Source of the DNA: an uncultured Acidobacteriota bacterium | GTDB taxonomy: Bacteria > Acidobacteriota > Thermoanaerobaculia > Gp7-AA8 | Reading direction: 5' to 3' | DNA length: 64,000 nt | NCBI GenBank assembly: GCA_937870635.1 | Contig: CALMZP010000083.1 | Coordinates: 5,100-69,099 of the forward strand | In this document: in pieces, positions 9,956 to 18,397 of the stretch | How the letters are laid out: every line of letters begins with the position of its first letter | Position numbering within the stretch: the first letter of the stretch is position 1 | Notes under the pieces: generated by a model | What the model was told of the DNA's origin: nothing | What the model saw: only the letters and a program-made list of their open reading frames with translations | Databases searched by the model: none | Position numbers and translations under genes: made by a program

Positions 9956-11754
9956 CAGTATCCTCCAGCCGATCCGCCGCGGCGCGGATCCGCCACGGCG
10001 ATGAGTCTGCCTTCCTCGAACGCAATGGCGTGAACGTCGCCGATCGGGCCGCGCGGATGAGTGCCGTGTCCCATCGCGTTCAGCGCCTCCAGGAGAGTTT
10101 CCGGCGGCCGCCCGCGCTCGACGTCGATCCTCTCGGGTAATCCCTGATGGTGATACCGCGGTGCGGCGACGGCGTCGGCCAGCGTCTTGCCGTGAACGAC
10201 CATGTGAAGGAAGACCTGCAGGATCGTGGTTGGGATGGTGGGGCCGCCGCGTGTCCCGATCGCGAGAAATGGACGGGAATCTCTGAAGATGATCGTCGGG
10301 GTCATCGAGGAGGCCATCCGTTTGCCCGGCTCGATCGCGTTCGGCGCATCCTGAACGAGGCCCGCTGCGTTCGGACGGCCGGGTGCGGAGGCGAAGTCGT
10401 CCATCTCGTTGTTCAGAAAGAAACCCGTGCCCGGTACGACGAAGCCGCTGCCGAACGTGCCATTGATCGTGGTGGTCAGCGATGCGATGTTTCCGCGATC
10501 GTCGACGATTGTGAAATGCGTCGTCTCACTCCGCTCCCTGAGCGTCACCTCCGGCGCGCCGAGGCTGACCGTGGGTGTGGCGCGATCCACGTCGATCGAC
10601 TTTCGCCACATCTCGGCGCGTGCGGCGGACAGCAGATCAGCGAGCGGAATGCGCGTCGACGCCGGATCGCCGATGTAGCGATTTCGATCGATGTATGCGC
10701 GGCGCCATGCTTCCGCGTAGACGTGGATTGCTTTTGCCGTTTGAAATCCCGCCGACCGCAGATCGAAGCCCGCCAGGATGTTCAATGCCTCGGCCATCGC
10801 CAGGCCACCACCGGAAGGCGGTGCCATCGTGTAGATCTCAAAGTCGCGGAACCTGATTTTCAGCGGCGCGCGCCAGATCGCGCGGTACTCCCGCAGATCG
10901 CGGTCACCGAGGATTCCTCCGCCGGCGCGGACGCCGTCGACGAGACGTTTCGCGGTCTCACCGCGATAGAAGTCGTCAGCGCCGCCTTCGGCGATCCGCT
11001 CGAGCGTCGCTGCGAGATCGCTCTGCACGATCGTGGAGCCGCGGGCTGCCGGTTTCCCGTCGGGAAAGAAGATCGCCGCCGTGGATGGGAACTGATCGAT
11101 CTTGCGATCGTCGCGCTGTGCGGCGAGCTCAGATTCGAGCTCGGCATCGACGACGATTCCTGCGCGCGCAGCGGCGATCGCGGGCGTCAGCAGATCCTTC
11201 CACGGCTGCGTTCCGAACCGTTCGTGTGCGGCGGCGAGGCCTGCCACGGTGCCGGGAACTCCACCGGCGCGCGGGCCTGTCCGGCTGCCGGCAGGCACTT
11301 CCACGTACATGTCACGTGTCGCTGCGCCGGGTGCGGTCTCGCGATAGTCGAGAGTCCAGAAGCCTTTGGTGGCCGCATCGTAGTAGACGAGGAATCCCCC
11401 TCCGCCGATGTTGCCAGCCTGCGGGTGAACGGCGGCGAGCGCGAACGACACGGCGACCGCGGCGTCGATGGCGTTCCCGCCGCGGCGAAGCACGTCGAGC
11501 CCGACCTTGGTCGCGTACGGAGAAGCAGTCGAGAGCGCGGCTTTGGACGCGATGACGGTGGAGCCGGCGTGGAGGGGGAGGGAGAAGAGCGCAAGGAGAA
11601 GAGGGATGAACCTCGTGGCAATCGATCGCAGCCTTCGGTGTCCGATTTTGGATTTTCGATTTTGGATTTTGGATTTTGAGGTCAATCCAAAATCCAAAAT
11701 CCAAAATCCAAAATGGGCCCGACTGGCGACAGGCCGTAAGCCGGGGGTGGTCAC
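9955..11754 (-). CDS. ggt: Gamma-glutamyltransferase (start uncertain; hydrophobic signal core just below 11620)
   Basis: GGNAIDAAVA, GNIGGGGF, ETTHFTIVD autocleavage Thr, LNNEMDDF, SSMTPT, ADPRRGG. Confidence 0.93.
   Translation of the reverse strand: MTTPGLRPVASRAHFGFWILDFGLTSKSKIQNRKSKIGHRRLRSIATRFIPLLLALFSLPLHAGSTVIASKAALSTASPYATKVGLDVLRRGGNAIDAAVAVSFALAAVHPQAGNIGGGGFLVYYDAATKGFWTLDYRETAPGAATRDMYVEVPAGSRTGPRAGGVPGTVAGLAAAHERFGTQPWKDLLTPAIAAARAGIVVDAELESELAAQRDDRKIDQFPSTAAIFFPDGKPAARGSTIVQSDLAATLERIAEGGADDFYRGETAKRLVDGVRAGGGILGDRDLREYRAIWRAPLKIRFRDFEIYTMAPPSGGGLAMAEALNILAGFDLRSAGFQTAKAIHVYAEAWRRAYIDRNRYIGDPASTRIPLADLLSAARAEMWRKSIDVDRATPTVSLGAPEVTLRERSETTHFTIVDDRGNIASLTTTINGTFGSGFVVPGTGFFLNNEMDDFASAPGRPNAAGLVQDAPNAIEPGKRMASSMTPTIIFRDSRPFLAIGTRGGPTIPTTILQVFLHMVVHGKTLADAVAAPRYHHQGLPERIDVERGRPPETLLEALNAMGHGTHPRGPIGDVHAIAFEEGRLIAVADPRRGGSAGGY
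11644..11714. repeat. Palindromic element with (GATTTTG)n / (CAAAATC)n heptamer arms
   Basis: gattttg gattttc gattttg gattttg gattttg aggtc aatc caaaatc caaaatc caaaatc caaaat. Confidence 0.95.
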
Positions 11755-12542
11755 TTCTTTCCCCGCCGCGGGCTGAGGTTGCGGTCGTGGATGATCTTGA
11801 GCCCTTTGAGCGTGAGCTCGGGATCGACGAGGTCGATGTGCTCGCTGTCATCCTTGAAAAGCACGGCGAGGCCGCCGGTGGCGATCACCCGTTTCACGTC
11901 GCCGATCTCCCGCTTCATGCGGGTAAGCAGCCCATCCACGAGGCTCAGGTATCCGAAGAAGATACCGGACTGCATGTTGACGACCGTGTTCGTTCCGATG
12001 ACGGTGGGCGGCCGACGGATGTCGACTCGCGGCAGACGCGCCGCTCGCGCGAACAGCGCCTCGGATGAAATCGTCAGGCCCGGGGCGATGACGCCGCCAA
12101 CGTATTCGCCGTTCGCGGTTACGACGTCAAACGTCGTCGCCGTTCCGAAGTCGACGATGATGGTCGGTCCGCCAAACTCGTCGAACGCGGCGACACAGTT
12201 GATGATGCGGTCTGCGCCGACCTCCTGGGGGTTGTCCACGTGGATCGCGATTCCGGTCTTGATGCCGGGCTCGACGAACACCGGCTCGACCCCGAAGTAC
12301 TGCCGGACCATCTGGGCCATCGGTCCGTTGAGCGGGGGAACCACCGATCCGATGATGGCCCCGTCGAGAGGACCGAGAATCACGCCGTTGAGAAGCTGGC
12401 GGGCGAGGATGCCGTATTCATCGGCCGTTCGATCGCGAGCCGTCGCCAGCCGCCACGAGCTGACGAGTTTGTCGTCCTGATAGATACCGAGGACGACGTT
12501 GGTGTTCCCGACGTCGAGGACGAGGAGGGTGGACGCCATCAC
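11751..12542 (-). CDS. coaX: Type III pantothenate kinase
   Basis: LDVGNTN, VGADRI, VDFGTATTFD, GGVIAPG, ATGG motifs. Confidence 0.95.
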   Translation of the reverse strand: MMASTLLVLDVGNTNVVLGIYQDDKLVSSWRLATARDRTADEYGILARQLLNGVILGPLDGAIIGSVVPPLNGPMAQMVRQYFGVEPVFVEPGIKTGIAIHVDNPQEVGADRIINCVAAFDEFGGPTIIVDFGTATTFDVVTANGEYVGGVIAPGLTISSEALFARAARLPRVDIRRPPTVIGTNTVVNMQSGIFFGYLSLVDGLLTRMKREIGDVKRVIATGGLAVLFKDDSEHIDLVDPELTLKGLKIIHDRNLSPRRGKK

Positions 12543-12553
12543 GGGAAAGATTA

Positions 12554-13318
12554 CTACGACGTGATGAGGTCTCCGGCGGAGATCGCGACCTCGCCGCCGG
12601 GAGTGGAGATCACGGCCCGGCCGTGGTCATCGATCCGCGACCATGCTCCGGCCACGGTTCTCTCGCCGATTGTCGAACTGATCGCGTCGCCCGGTTTGTG
12701 AACCGTGAGCTCCCGCCAGTCCGCGAGAACCTTCTGTTTCGAATCATGCCGCGCCAGCCCGGCGTCGACGTGTTCGATGAAGGCGACGATGGCGTCGTCC
12801 ACTCCGGAGTATCTTTGCGAGGCGACCTCGCTCACCGTCGTGGCATTCGGCCGGTTGTCATCGTGAACGGGTTCCAGGTTCACGCCGGTTCCAATGGCCA
12901 GGTAGGCGCGGCCTTCCTGCACTCTGCCTTCGATGAGAATTCCGGCGAGCTTTCTGCCGCCGGCGAGTATGTCGTTCGGCCACTTGATCTGCGCCGCCAC
13001 GCCGAAGACGTCGATCAGGTACCGCGCGATGATCGTCGCCATGTTCAGCGGCATGAGTCCCATCTCGTCCGCGGTGCGGGTGACGAGAGTGGTTGCGTAG
13101 ATGCCTTTGCCCGGAGGCGACGACCACGAGCGCTGATTGCGCCCGTGGCCGGCGAGCTGCTCGCGAGCCACGATCATGGCCTGGGGAAGCGACAGCTCGT
13201 TCTCGATGCACTCGTTGACGATCCTGCGCGCGACGAGATTGGTCGAGGCCACGCGCGGGATGATCGCGAGCGACTCGATGGCCTTCAGCCGTGGAATGAT
13301 GTCTCGCGTGCGGATCAC
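12554..13318 (-). CDS. birA: Biotin--protein ligase without HTH domain
   Basis: STN, QLAGHGRNQRSWSSP, IKWPNDI, RKLAGILIE, GTGVN. Confidence 0.9.
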   Translation of the reverse strand: MIRTRDIIPRLKAIESLAIIPRVASTNLVARRIVNECIENELSLPQAMIVAREQLAGHGRNQRSWSSPPGKGIYATTLVTRTADEMGLMPLNMATIIARYLIDVFGVAAQIKWPNDILAGGRKLAGILIEGRVQEGRAYLAIGTGVNLEPVHDDNRPNATTVSEVASQRYSGVDDAIVAFIEHVDAGLARHDSKQKVLADWRELTVHKPGDAISSTIGERTVAGAWSRIDDHGRAVISTPGGEVAISAGDLITS

Positions 13319-15945
13319 TGGTTCTGTTGAAGCTTTTCCAGCCGGGCCTCGAGTTCGGCGCGGCGCGTTTCTGCTCCCTGCACGATCGCGGCCGGAGCGT
13401 TCGACGTGAACTGCTCGTTGGAGAGGCGGGCAACCACCGCGGCGAGTTCGCTCTGTGTCTTCTCGATCTCGCGTCTGGTCCGCTCGGCCTGTTCCGGGGT
13501 GATGACCTTTTCCGGGAACTCGATGGCGATGTGGAACCCTTCCACGACATCCTGATGCGCGCCCGCCGGCGGCTGACCGTCGATGACGACCTCGTTCAGC
13601 CGGGCCAGCTCGATCAATAGATATGCATACGCACGAAAGAAGTTCGCGTCGCGGGCTCCGTCACCCTGAACGAACAGGCGGAAGCGGTCCTTCGGGGTGA
13701 ATCCGCGCTCGGCCCGGACATTTCTGACCGTGGTGATCATCGCCTTCATCGCCGCCATCATCCTCTCCGCTTCGGGATCTTCGAGGACGTCCTCTGCAAT
13801 CGGATACGGCGAGATCATGATCGACGGTTCGACGCCGCCCAGTTTCAGCCAGATCTCCTCGGTCACGAACGGCATGAAGGGGTGAAGGAGCCGCAGCGAG
13901 CGATCGAGAACCTCCAGGAGGACGCGTCGGGCCTTTTTCTGTTCGGCTTCATCGCCCTGCCGGCCCAGAAGGACCGGCTTCGCCATTTCGATGTACCAGT
14001 CACAGAATTCGTGCCAGAAAAACTGATACAGCGCCTTGGCTGCCTCATCGAATCGGAAGATCGAGAGCGACCTGTTGACGGTCTTCGTGGTCTCGTTGAG
14101 GCGCGAGAGGATCCAGCGCTCCACGGTCCGCAGGCTGTCGCGATCGATCGGCTTCGCGTTCTTCAGGTCGACGTCGACGTGCATCATCGCGAACCGCGCC
14201 GCGTTCCAGATCTTGTTCACGAACGCGGAGTAACCCTGGATGCTGTTGCGGCCCAGGGGGATATCGCGGCCGCTGGTGTTGATGGCGAGCGTGAAGCGGA
14301 GCGCGTCGGCGCCGACTTCGTCGACGACGTCGAGCGGATCGATGACGTTGCCCTTCGTCTTCGACATTTTCTGGCCCTGCTCGTCTCGGACCAGACCATT
14401 GAGGAAGACTCGGGTGAATGGAACCTTTCCCGTGAAGCGAAGGCCCATCATGATCATCCGCGCCACCCAGAAGAAAAGGATGTCGAATCCGGTGATCAGC
14501 GTATCGGTGGGATAGAAGCTGCGATAGTCGGGCGTGTCGTCCGGCCATCCCATCGTGGAAAACGGCCAGAGTCCCGAGGAGAACCACGTGTCGAGAACGT
14601 CGGTCTCCTGGCGCATCGGCGACGCCCCGCAGTCGCCGCACTTCGACGGTTCATCCATCGTGACGGTGATGTGGTTGTTTGGACAGTAGAACGCCGGAAT
14701 GCGATGGCCCCACCACAGCTGCCGGGAGATCGTCCAGTCATGGATGTTCTCCATCCAGTTGAAGTACGTCGCTTCCCAGCTCGGGGGGGTGATGGAAATG
14801 CTTCCATTGCGTACCGCTTCGATGGCCGGCGTGGCCAGCGGTTCGATTCGTACGAACCACTGCGTGGAGACCATCGGCTCGATGTCCGTGTCGCATTTCC
14901 CATGGACGCCGACTGAGTGCGTATACGGTTTCGTCTCGCCGAGTGCACCGAGCGACTCGAGCCGCGCGAGAACTTCCTGCCGTGCCTCGAATCGATCCTT
15001 TCCTTCGAAGCCGGATCCGGCCGCCGCGGTCATCCGGCCGTCTTCCCCGATCACCTGGATCTGTGGGAGTCCGTTCCGTATGCCCGCTTCGTAGTCGTTC
15101 TTGTCGTGTGATGGAGTCACCTTCACCACGCCTGTTCCGAACTCTCGATCGACGAGGATCGGATCGGCCACGACCGGGATGCGCCGGTTCATGATCGGCA
15201 GCACGACGTGGCCGCCGATCAGATCGCGATAACGATCGTCTTCGGGGTGCACGGCCACCGCGGTATCGCCGAGCATCGTCTCCGGGCGCGTCGTCGCCAC
15301 CGTCAGCTTCTTGTCCGAGCCTTCCACCGGATAGTCGATGTGATACAGCTTCGAAGCGCGTTCGCGGAACTCGACCTCGATGTCGCTGATGGCGGTACGG
15401 CAGTTCGGGCACCAGTTGACCATCGCCACGCCGCGATAGATCAGACCGTCCTCGTACAGCTTCACGAACACGTAGCGAACCGCGCGCGACAGTCCCTCGT
15501 CGAGCGTGAATCGTTCACGCGACCAGTCGGCGGAGGCGCCGAGGCGTGTGAGCTGATCCTTGATCTCGGTGCTGTGCTGTTCTTTCCATTCCCAGATCTT
15601 CTCGACGAACTTCTCCCGGCCGAGCTCGAAGCGCGAGATGCCCTGCTTCTGCAGGTGCCGCTCGACGATCATCTGCGTGGCGATGCCGGCGTGGTCGGTC
15701 CCGGGAACCCAGAGCGTGTTGAATCCGCTCATCCGTTTCCACCGGACGACGATGTCCTGCAGCGTGTTGACCAGGGCGTGGCCGATGTGGAGGCGCCCGG
15801 TGACGTTAGGGGGCGGGATGACGATCGAGAACGTCGGCCGCTCCGGGTCGGATTCGGGCGTGAAGTACCCGGCGCTCTCCCACATCTGATAGAGACGCTG
15901 TTCGAAGGCCTTCGGGTCGTACCGCTTGTCGAGTTCTTCCTTCAT
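13315..15945 (-). CDS. valS: Valyl-tRNA synthetase
   Basis: PPPNVTGRLHIGH, DHAGIATQ, ISRQLWWGHRIP, KMSKT; C-terminal coiled coil. Confidence 0.98.
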   Translation of the reverse strand: MKEELDKRYDPKAFEQRLYQMWESAGYFTPESDPERPTFSIVIPPPNVTGRLHIGHALVNTLQDIVVRWKRMSGFNTLWVPGTDHAGIATQMIVERHLQKQGISRFELGREKFVEKIWEWKEQHSTEIKDQLTRLGASADWSRERFTLDEGLSRAVRYVFVKLYEDGLIYRGVAMVNWCPNCRTAISDIEVEFRERASKLYHIDYPVEGSDKKLTVATTRPETMLGDTAVAVHPEDDRYRDLIGGHVVLPIMNRRIPVVADPILVDREFGTGVVKVTPSHDKNDYEAGIRNGLPQIQVIGEDGRMTAAAGSGFEGKDRFEARQEVLARLESLGALGETKPYTHSVGVHGKCDTDIEPMVSTQWFVRIEPLATPAIEAVRNGSISITPPSWEATYFNWMENIHDWTISRQLWWGHRIPAFYCPNNHITVTMDEPSKCGDCGASPMRQETDVLDTWFSSGLWPFSTMGWPDDTPDYRSFYPTDTLITGFDILFFWVARMIMMGLRFTGKVPFTRVFLNGLVRDEQGQKMSKTKGNVIDPLDVVDEVGADALRFTLAINTSGRDIPLGRNSIQGYSAFVNKIWNAARFAMMHVDVDLKNAKPIDRDSLRTVERWILSRLNETTKTVNRSLSIFRFDEAAKALYQFFWHEFCDWYIEMAKPVLLGRQGDEAEQKKARRVLLEVLDRSLRLLHPFMPFVTEEIWLKLGGVEPSIMISPYPIAEDVLEDPEAERMMAAMKAMITTVRNVRAERGFTPKDRFRLFVQGDGARDANFFRAYAYLLIELARLNEVVIDGQPPAGAHQDVVEGFHIAIEFPEKVITPEQAERTRREIEKTQSELAAVVARLSNEQFTSNAPAAIVQGAETRRAELEARLEKLQQNQ

Positions 15946-16026
15946 GGGCAAGGGGGGCGATTATAGAGGGCCGGGGGCGGGGGAGAAGAAAAGGGGGGCC
16001 GGGCGCGTTACCCGACAGACGAACGA

Positions 16027-17049
16027 ATGCTCCTCGCGATCGAAACCTCCTGCGATGAAACGTCAGTCGCGCTCCTCGAGCGCAACGGGACGGTTCGCGC
16101 CAACCTGATCGCATCGCAGATCGAAAGGCATCAGCCGTTCGGCGGCGTCGTTCCGGAGATCGCTTCCCGCGAGCACCTGCAGCATCTCTTTCCCCTGCTC
16201 ACGCGCGCGCTCGGCCATGCCGGTGCGAAATGGAGCGATGTCGAGGGCATCGCCGTGACCGCCGGGCCGGGCCTCATCGGCGCGCTCCTCGTCGGCGTGG
16301 CTGGCGCCCAGGGACTCGCCTACGGACTCGGCGTGCCGCTGATTCCGGTCAATCACCTCGAGGGTCACCTCTTCTCCGCCTATCTTCAGAAGGAAGGCGC
16401 GGCGATTCCGATGCCCGCTCGCTTTCTGAGCATGGTCATATCGGGTGGCCATTCTTCGATCTACGACGTCAAAGCGGGTGTCTCGACGATGCTGAACCGC
16501 ACGCGCGACGACGCCATCGGCGAAACGTTCGACAAGGTTGCGAAGTTCATCGGTCTGCCCTATCCCGGCGGACCGCAGATCGAGAAATTTGGACGCGAAG
16601 GATCCGCTGATCCGAAGCGGTTTCCCTTTCCGGTTCCTCAGTTCAAGGAAGAGTCGCTCGACTTCTCGTACTCCGGGATCAAAGCCGGTGCAATCCGCCT
16701 CGCGCGGGAGCACGGCATCACAGCGACCGGTGATGCGAAGAGCCTCGCAGACTTCTGCGCTACCTTCCAGGACGCGCTCATCGCCCAGCTCATCGACCGC
16801 CTCGACGCGGTGTGGCGCCGCATCGATGAGCCGAAGCCGACCGAGATCGCCATTGCCGGAGGCGTCGCGGCCAACGGAGTTCTCCGCGATCGCGTCGCGC
16901 GGTGGGGCGGCGAGCGGGGATTGATCGTGCGGCTCCCGGAGAAGCGTTACTGCACCGACAACGCGGCGATGATCGGGTTCGCAGCATTGCAGCGCGAGGG
17001 CAGTGCCACCGATCCGCGTCGTGTGATTGCGCGGTCCCGTGTTCACTGA
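16027..17049 (+). CDS. tsaD: tRNA N6-adenosine threonylcarbamoyltransferase TsaD
   Basis: LAIETSCDET, GGVVPEIASREH, NHLEGH, SGGHS, CTDNAAMI. Confidence 0.96.
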   Translation: MLLAIETSCDETSVALLERNGTVRANLIASQIERHQPFGGVVPEIASREHLQHLFPLLTRALGHAGAKWSDVEGIAVTAGPGLIGALLVGVAGAQGLAYGLGVPLIPVNHLEGHLFSAYLQKEGAAIPMPARFLSMVISGGHSSIYDVKAGVSTMLNRTRDDAIGETFDKVAKFIGLPYPGGPQIEKFGREGSADPKRFPFPVPQFKEESLDFSYSGIKAGAIRLAREHGITATGDAKSLADFCATFQDALIAQLIDRLDAVWRRIDEPKPTEIAIAGGVAANGVLRDRVARWGGERGLIVRLPEKRYCTDNAAMIGFAALQREGSATDPRRVIARSRVH

Positions 17050-17061
17050 GCGGTTTTCGCC

Positions 17062-17278
17062 GAGATCCCTCCACCGCGCTGATGGCCGCGGGTATTGCTG
17101 AGGCTGTCGGCGAGGACCGACTCGCAACCGCCTGGCGGGGCCGCGCCGGGTCCCGAAACCTTTCCGCTTCACCTCCGTCCAAACAATGAGCGCTGCGAGA
17201 ACCCTAGAGAAGAACCTGAGATCTCCTACCTCTCCTTACTTCTCGGCCGCCGTCCTCGCTCAGACGGCGGCCTTTTTC
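17062..17278 (+). ncRNA. Candidate structured small RNA (unassigned)
   Basis: Intergenic run of several hairpins, gagatc/gatctc closing pair, CCUCC motifs, ending in an intrinsic terminator. Confidence 0.35.
17245..17278 (+). terminator. Rho-independent terminator
   Basis: ggccgccgtc-loop-gacggcggcc followed by ttttt. Confidence 0.85.
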
Positions 17279-17295
17279 GTGCAGGTCGAGTCCTC

Positions 17296-18195
17296 ATGAG
17301 AGTGACGATCGCCGGGGGTTCGGGCTTCATCGGCGAAGCCGTGGTGCGTGAGCTCCTGTCGCGGGGCCATGATGTAGCAGTCCTCACGCGGAATCCACAG
17401 AAGACAGACGCGGGGCGGCCGCTCGTCTGGGACGGAAAAACGCAGGGTTCATGGTCGAAGGATGTCGCCGCGGCCGACGTCGTCGTCAATCTTGCGGGCG
17501 AGAACATCGGCCAGCGATGGACCAAGACGCGAAAGGTCCGGCTGATTGAAAGCCGCGTCGGTGCGACGCGAGCGCTCGTGGCGGCGATCGCCGCCGAGCC
17601 GCGGCGCAAGCGTACCTTCATCAATGCATCGGCCATCGGCTTCTATGGGCCGCGCGGAGACGAGATTCTCGACGAGACCGCGGCGCGCGGAGATGGCTTC
17701 CTCGCCGATCTGGCCGCGAGGTGGGAAGAGGAAGCCCGCGCAGCGGAGACCTGCGCGCGACTCGTGATTTTCCGCTTCGGAGTCGTTCTCGGAAGCGGAG
17801 GCGGTGCGCTCGGGAAGATGCTCCTCCCATTCAAGCTCGGTGTTGGCGGACGGATCGGAAGCGGGCGCCAGTGGTTCTCATGGGTGGCCCTCGACGACGT
17901 GACACGCGCGATTCTCTGGGCGATCGGCGACGAGAGCGTGCGCGGAGTCTTCAACGTCACCGCGCCGAATCCTGTGACGAACGCGGATTTCACCCGAGCG
18001 CTCGGCCGCGCGCTGCACCGGCCGACGGTGATCCCCATTCCGTCGTCCGGGTTGAAGATTCTGTTCGGACAGATGGCCGGCGAAACCTTGCTCCGAGGTC
18101 AGCGGGTGATCCCGTCACGGATGAGCGAGAGGGGTTTCCGATTCGTTCACGATAAGGTAGAGTCCGCGCTGCGACGAGCCCTCACGCGTTCGTGA
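17296..18195 (+). CDS. TIGR01777/YfcH-family NAD(P)-dependent epimerase/oxidoreductase
   Basis: MRVTIAGGSGFIG, VVNLAGENI, ASAIGFYG, GSGRQWFSWV, NVTAPNPVTN. Confidence 0.92.
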   Translation: MRVTIAGGSGFIGEAVVRELLSRGHDVAVLTRNPQKTDAGRPLVWDGKTQGSWSKDVAAADVVVNLAGENIGQRWTKTRKVRLIESRVGATRALVAAIAAEPRRKRTFINASAIGFYGPRGDEILDETAARGDGFLADLAARWEEEARAAETCARLVIFRFGVVLGSGGGALGKMLLPFKLGVGGRIGSGRQWFSWVALDDVTRAILWAIGDESVRGVFNVTAPNPVTNADFTRALGRALHRPTVIPIPSSGLKILFGQMAGETLLRGQRVIPSRMSERGFRFVHDKVESALRRALTRS

Positions 18196-18397
18196 TTTGT
18201 AACCGCCCGGCCTGCTAGGCGTTCAATCGGCGGGATGCGTAAATTCAATCCATTGAACATCACGTGTCGGGAGAGAAGCGTCGTTGTTGATCCGTAACGA
18301 CTTACGGGCTGGCACTTGTGGCCGTCCCTTCGCACAACGTAACCGTTGTACGGAGTGTCGTGTTTCGTTTCTGTCACAGAATTCATAGGAGGTAAGG

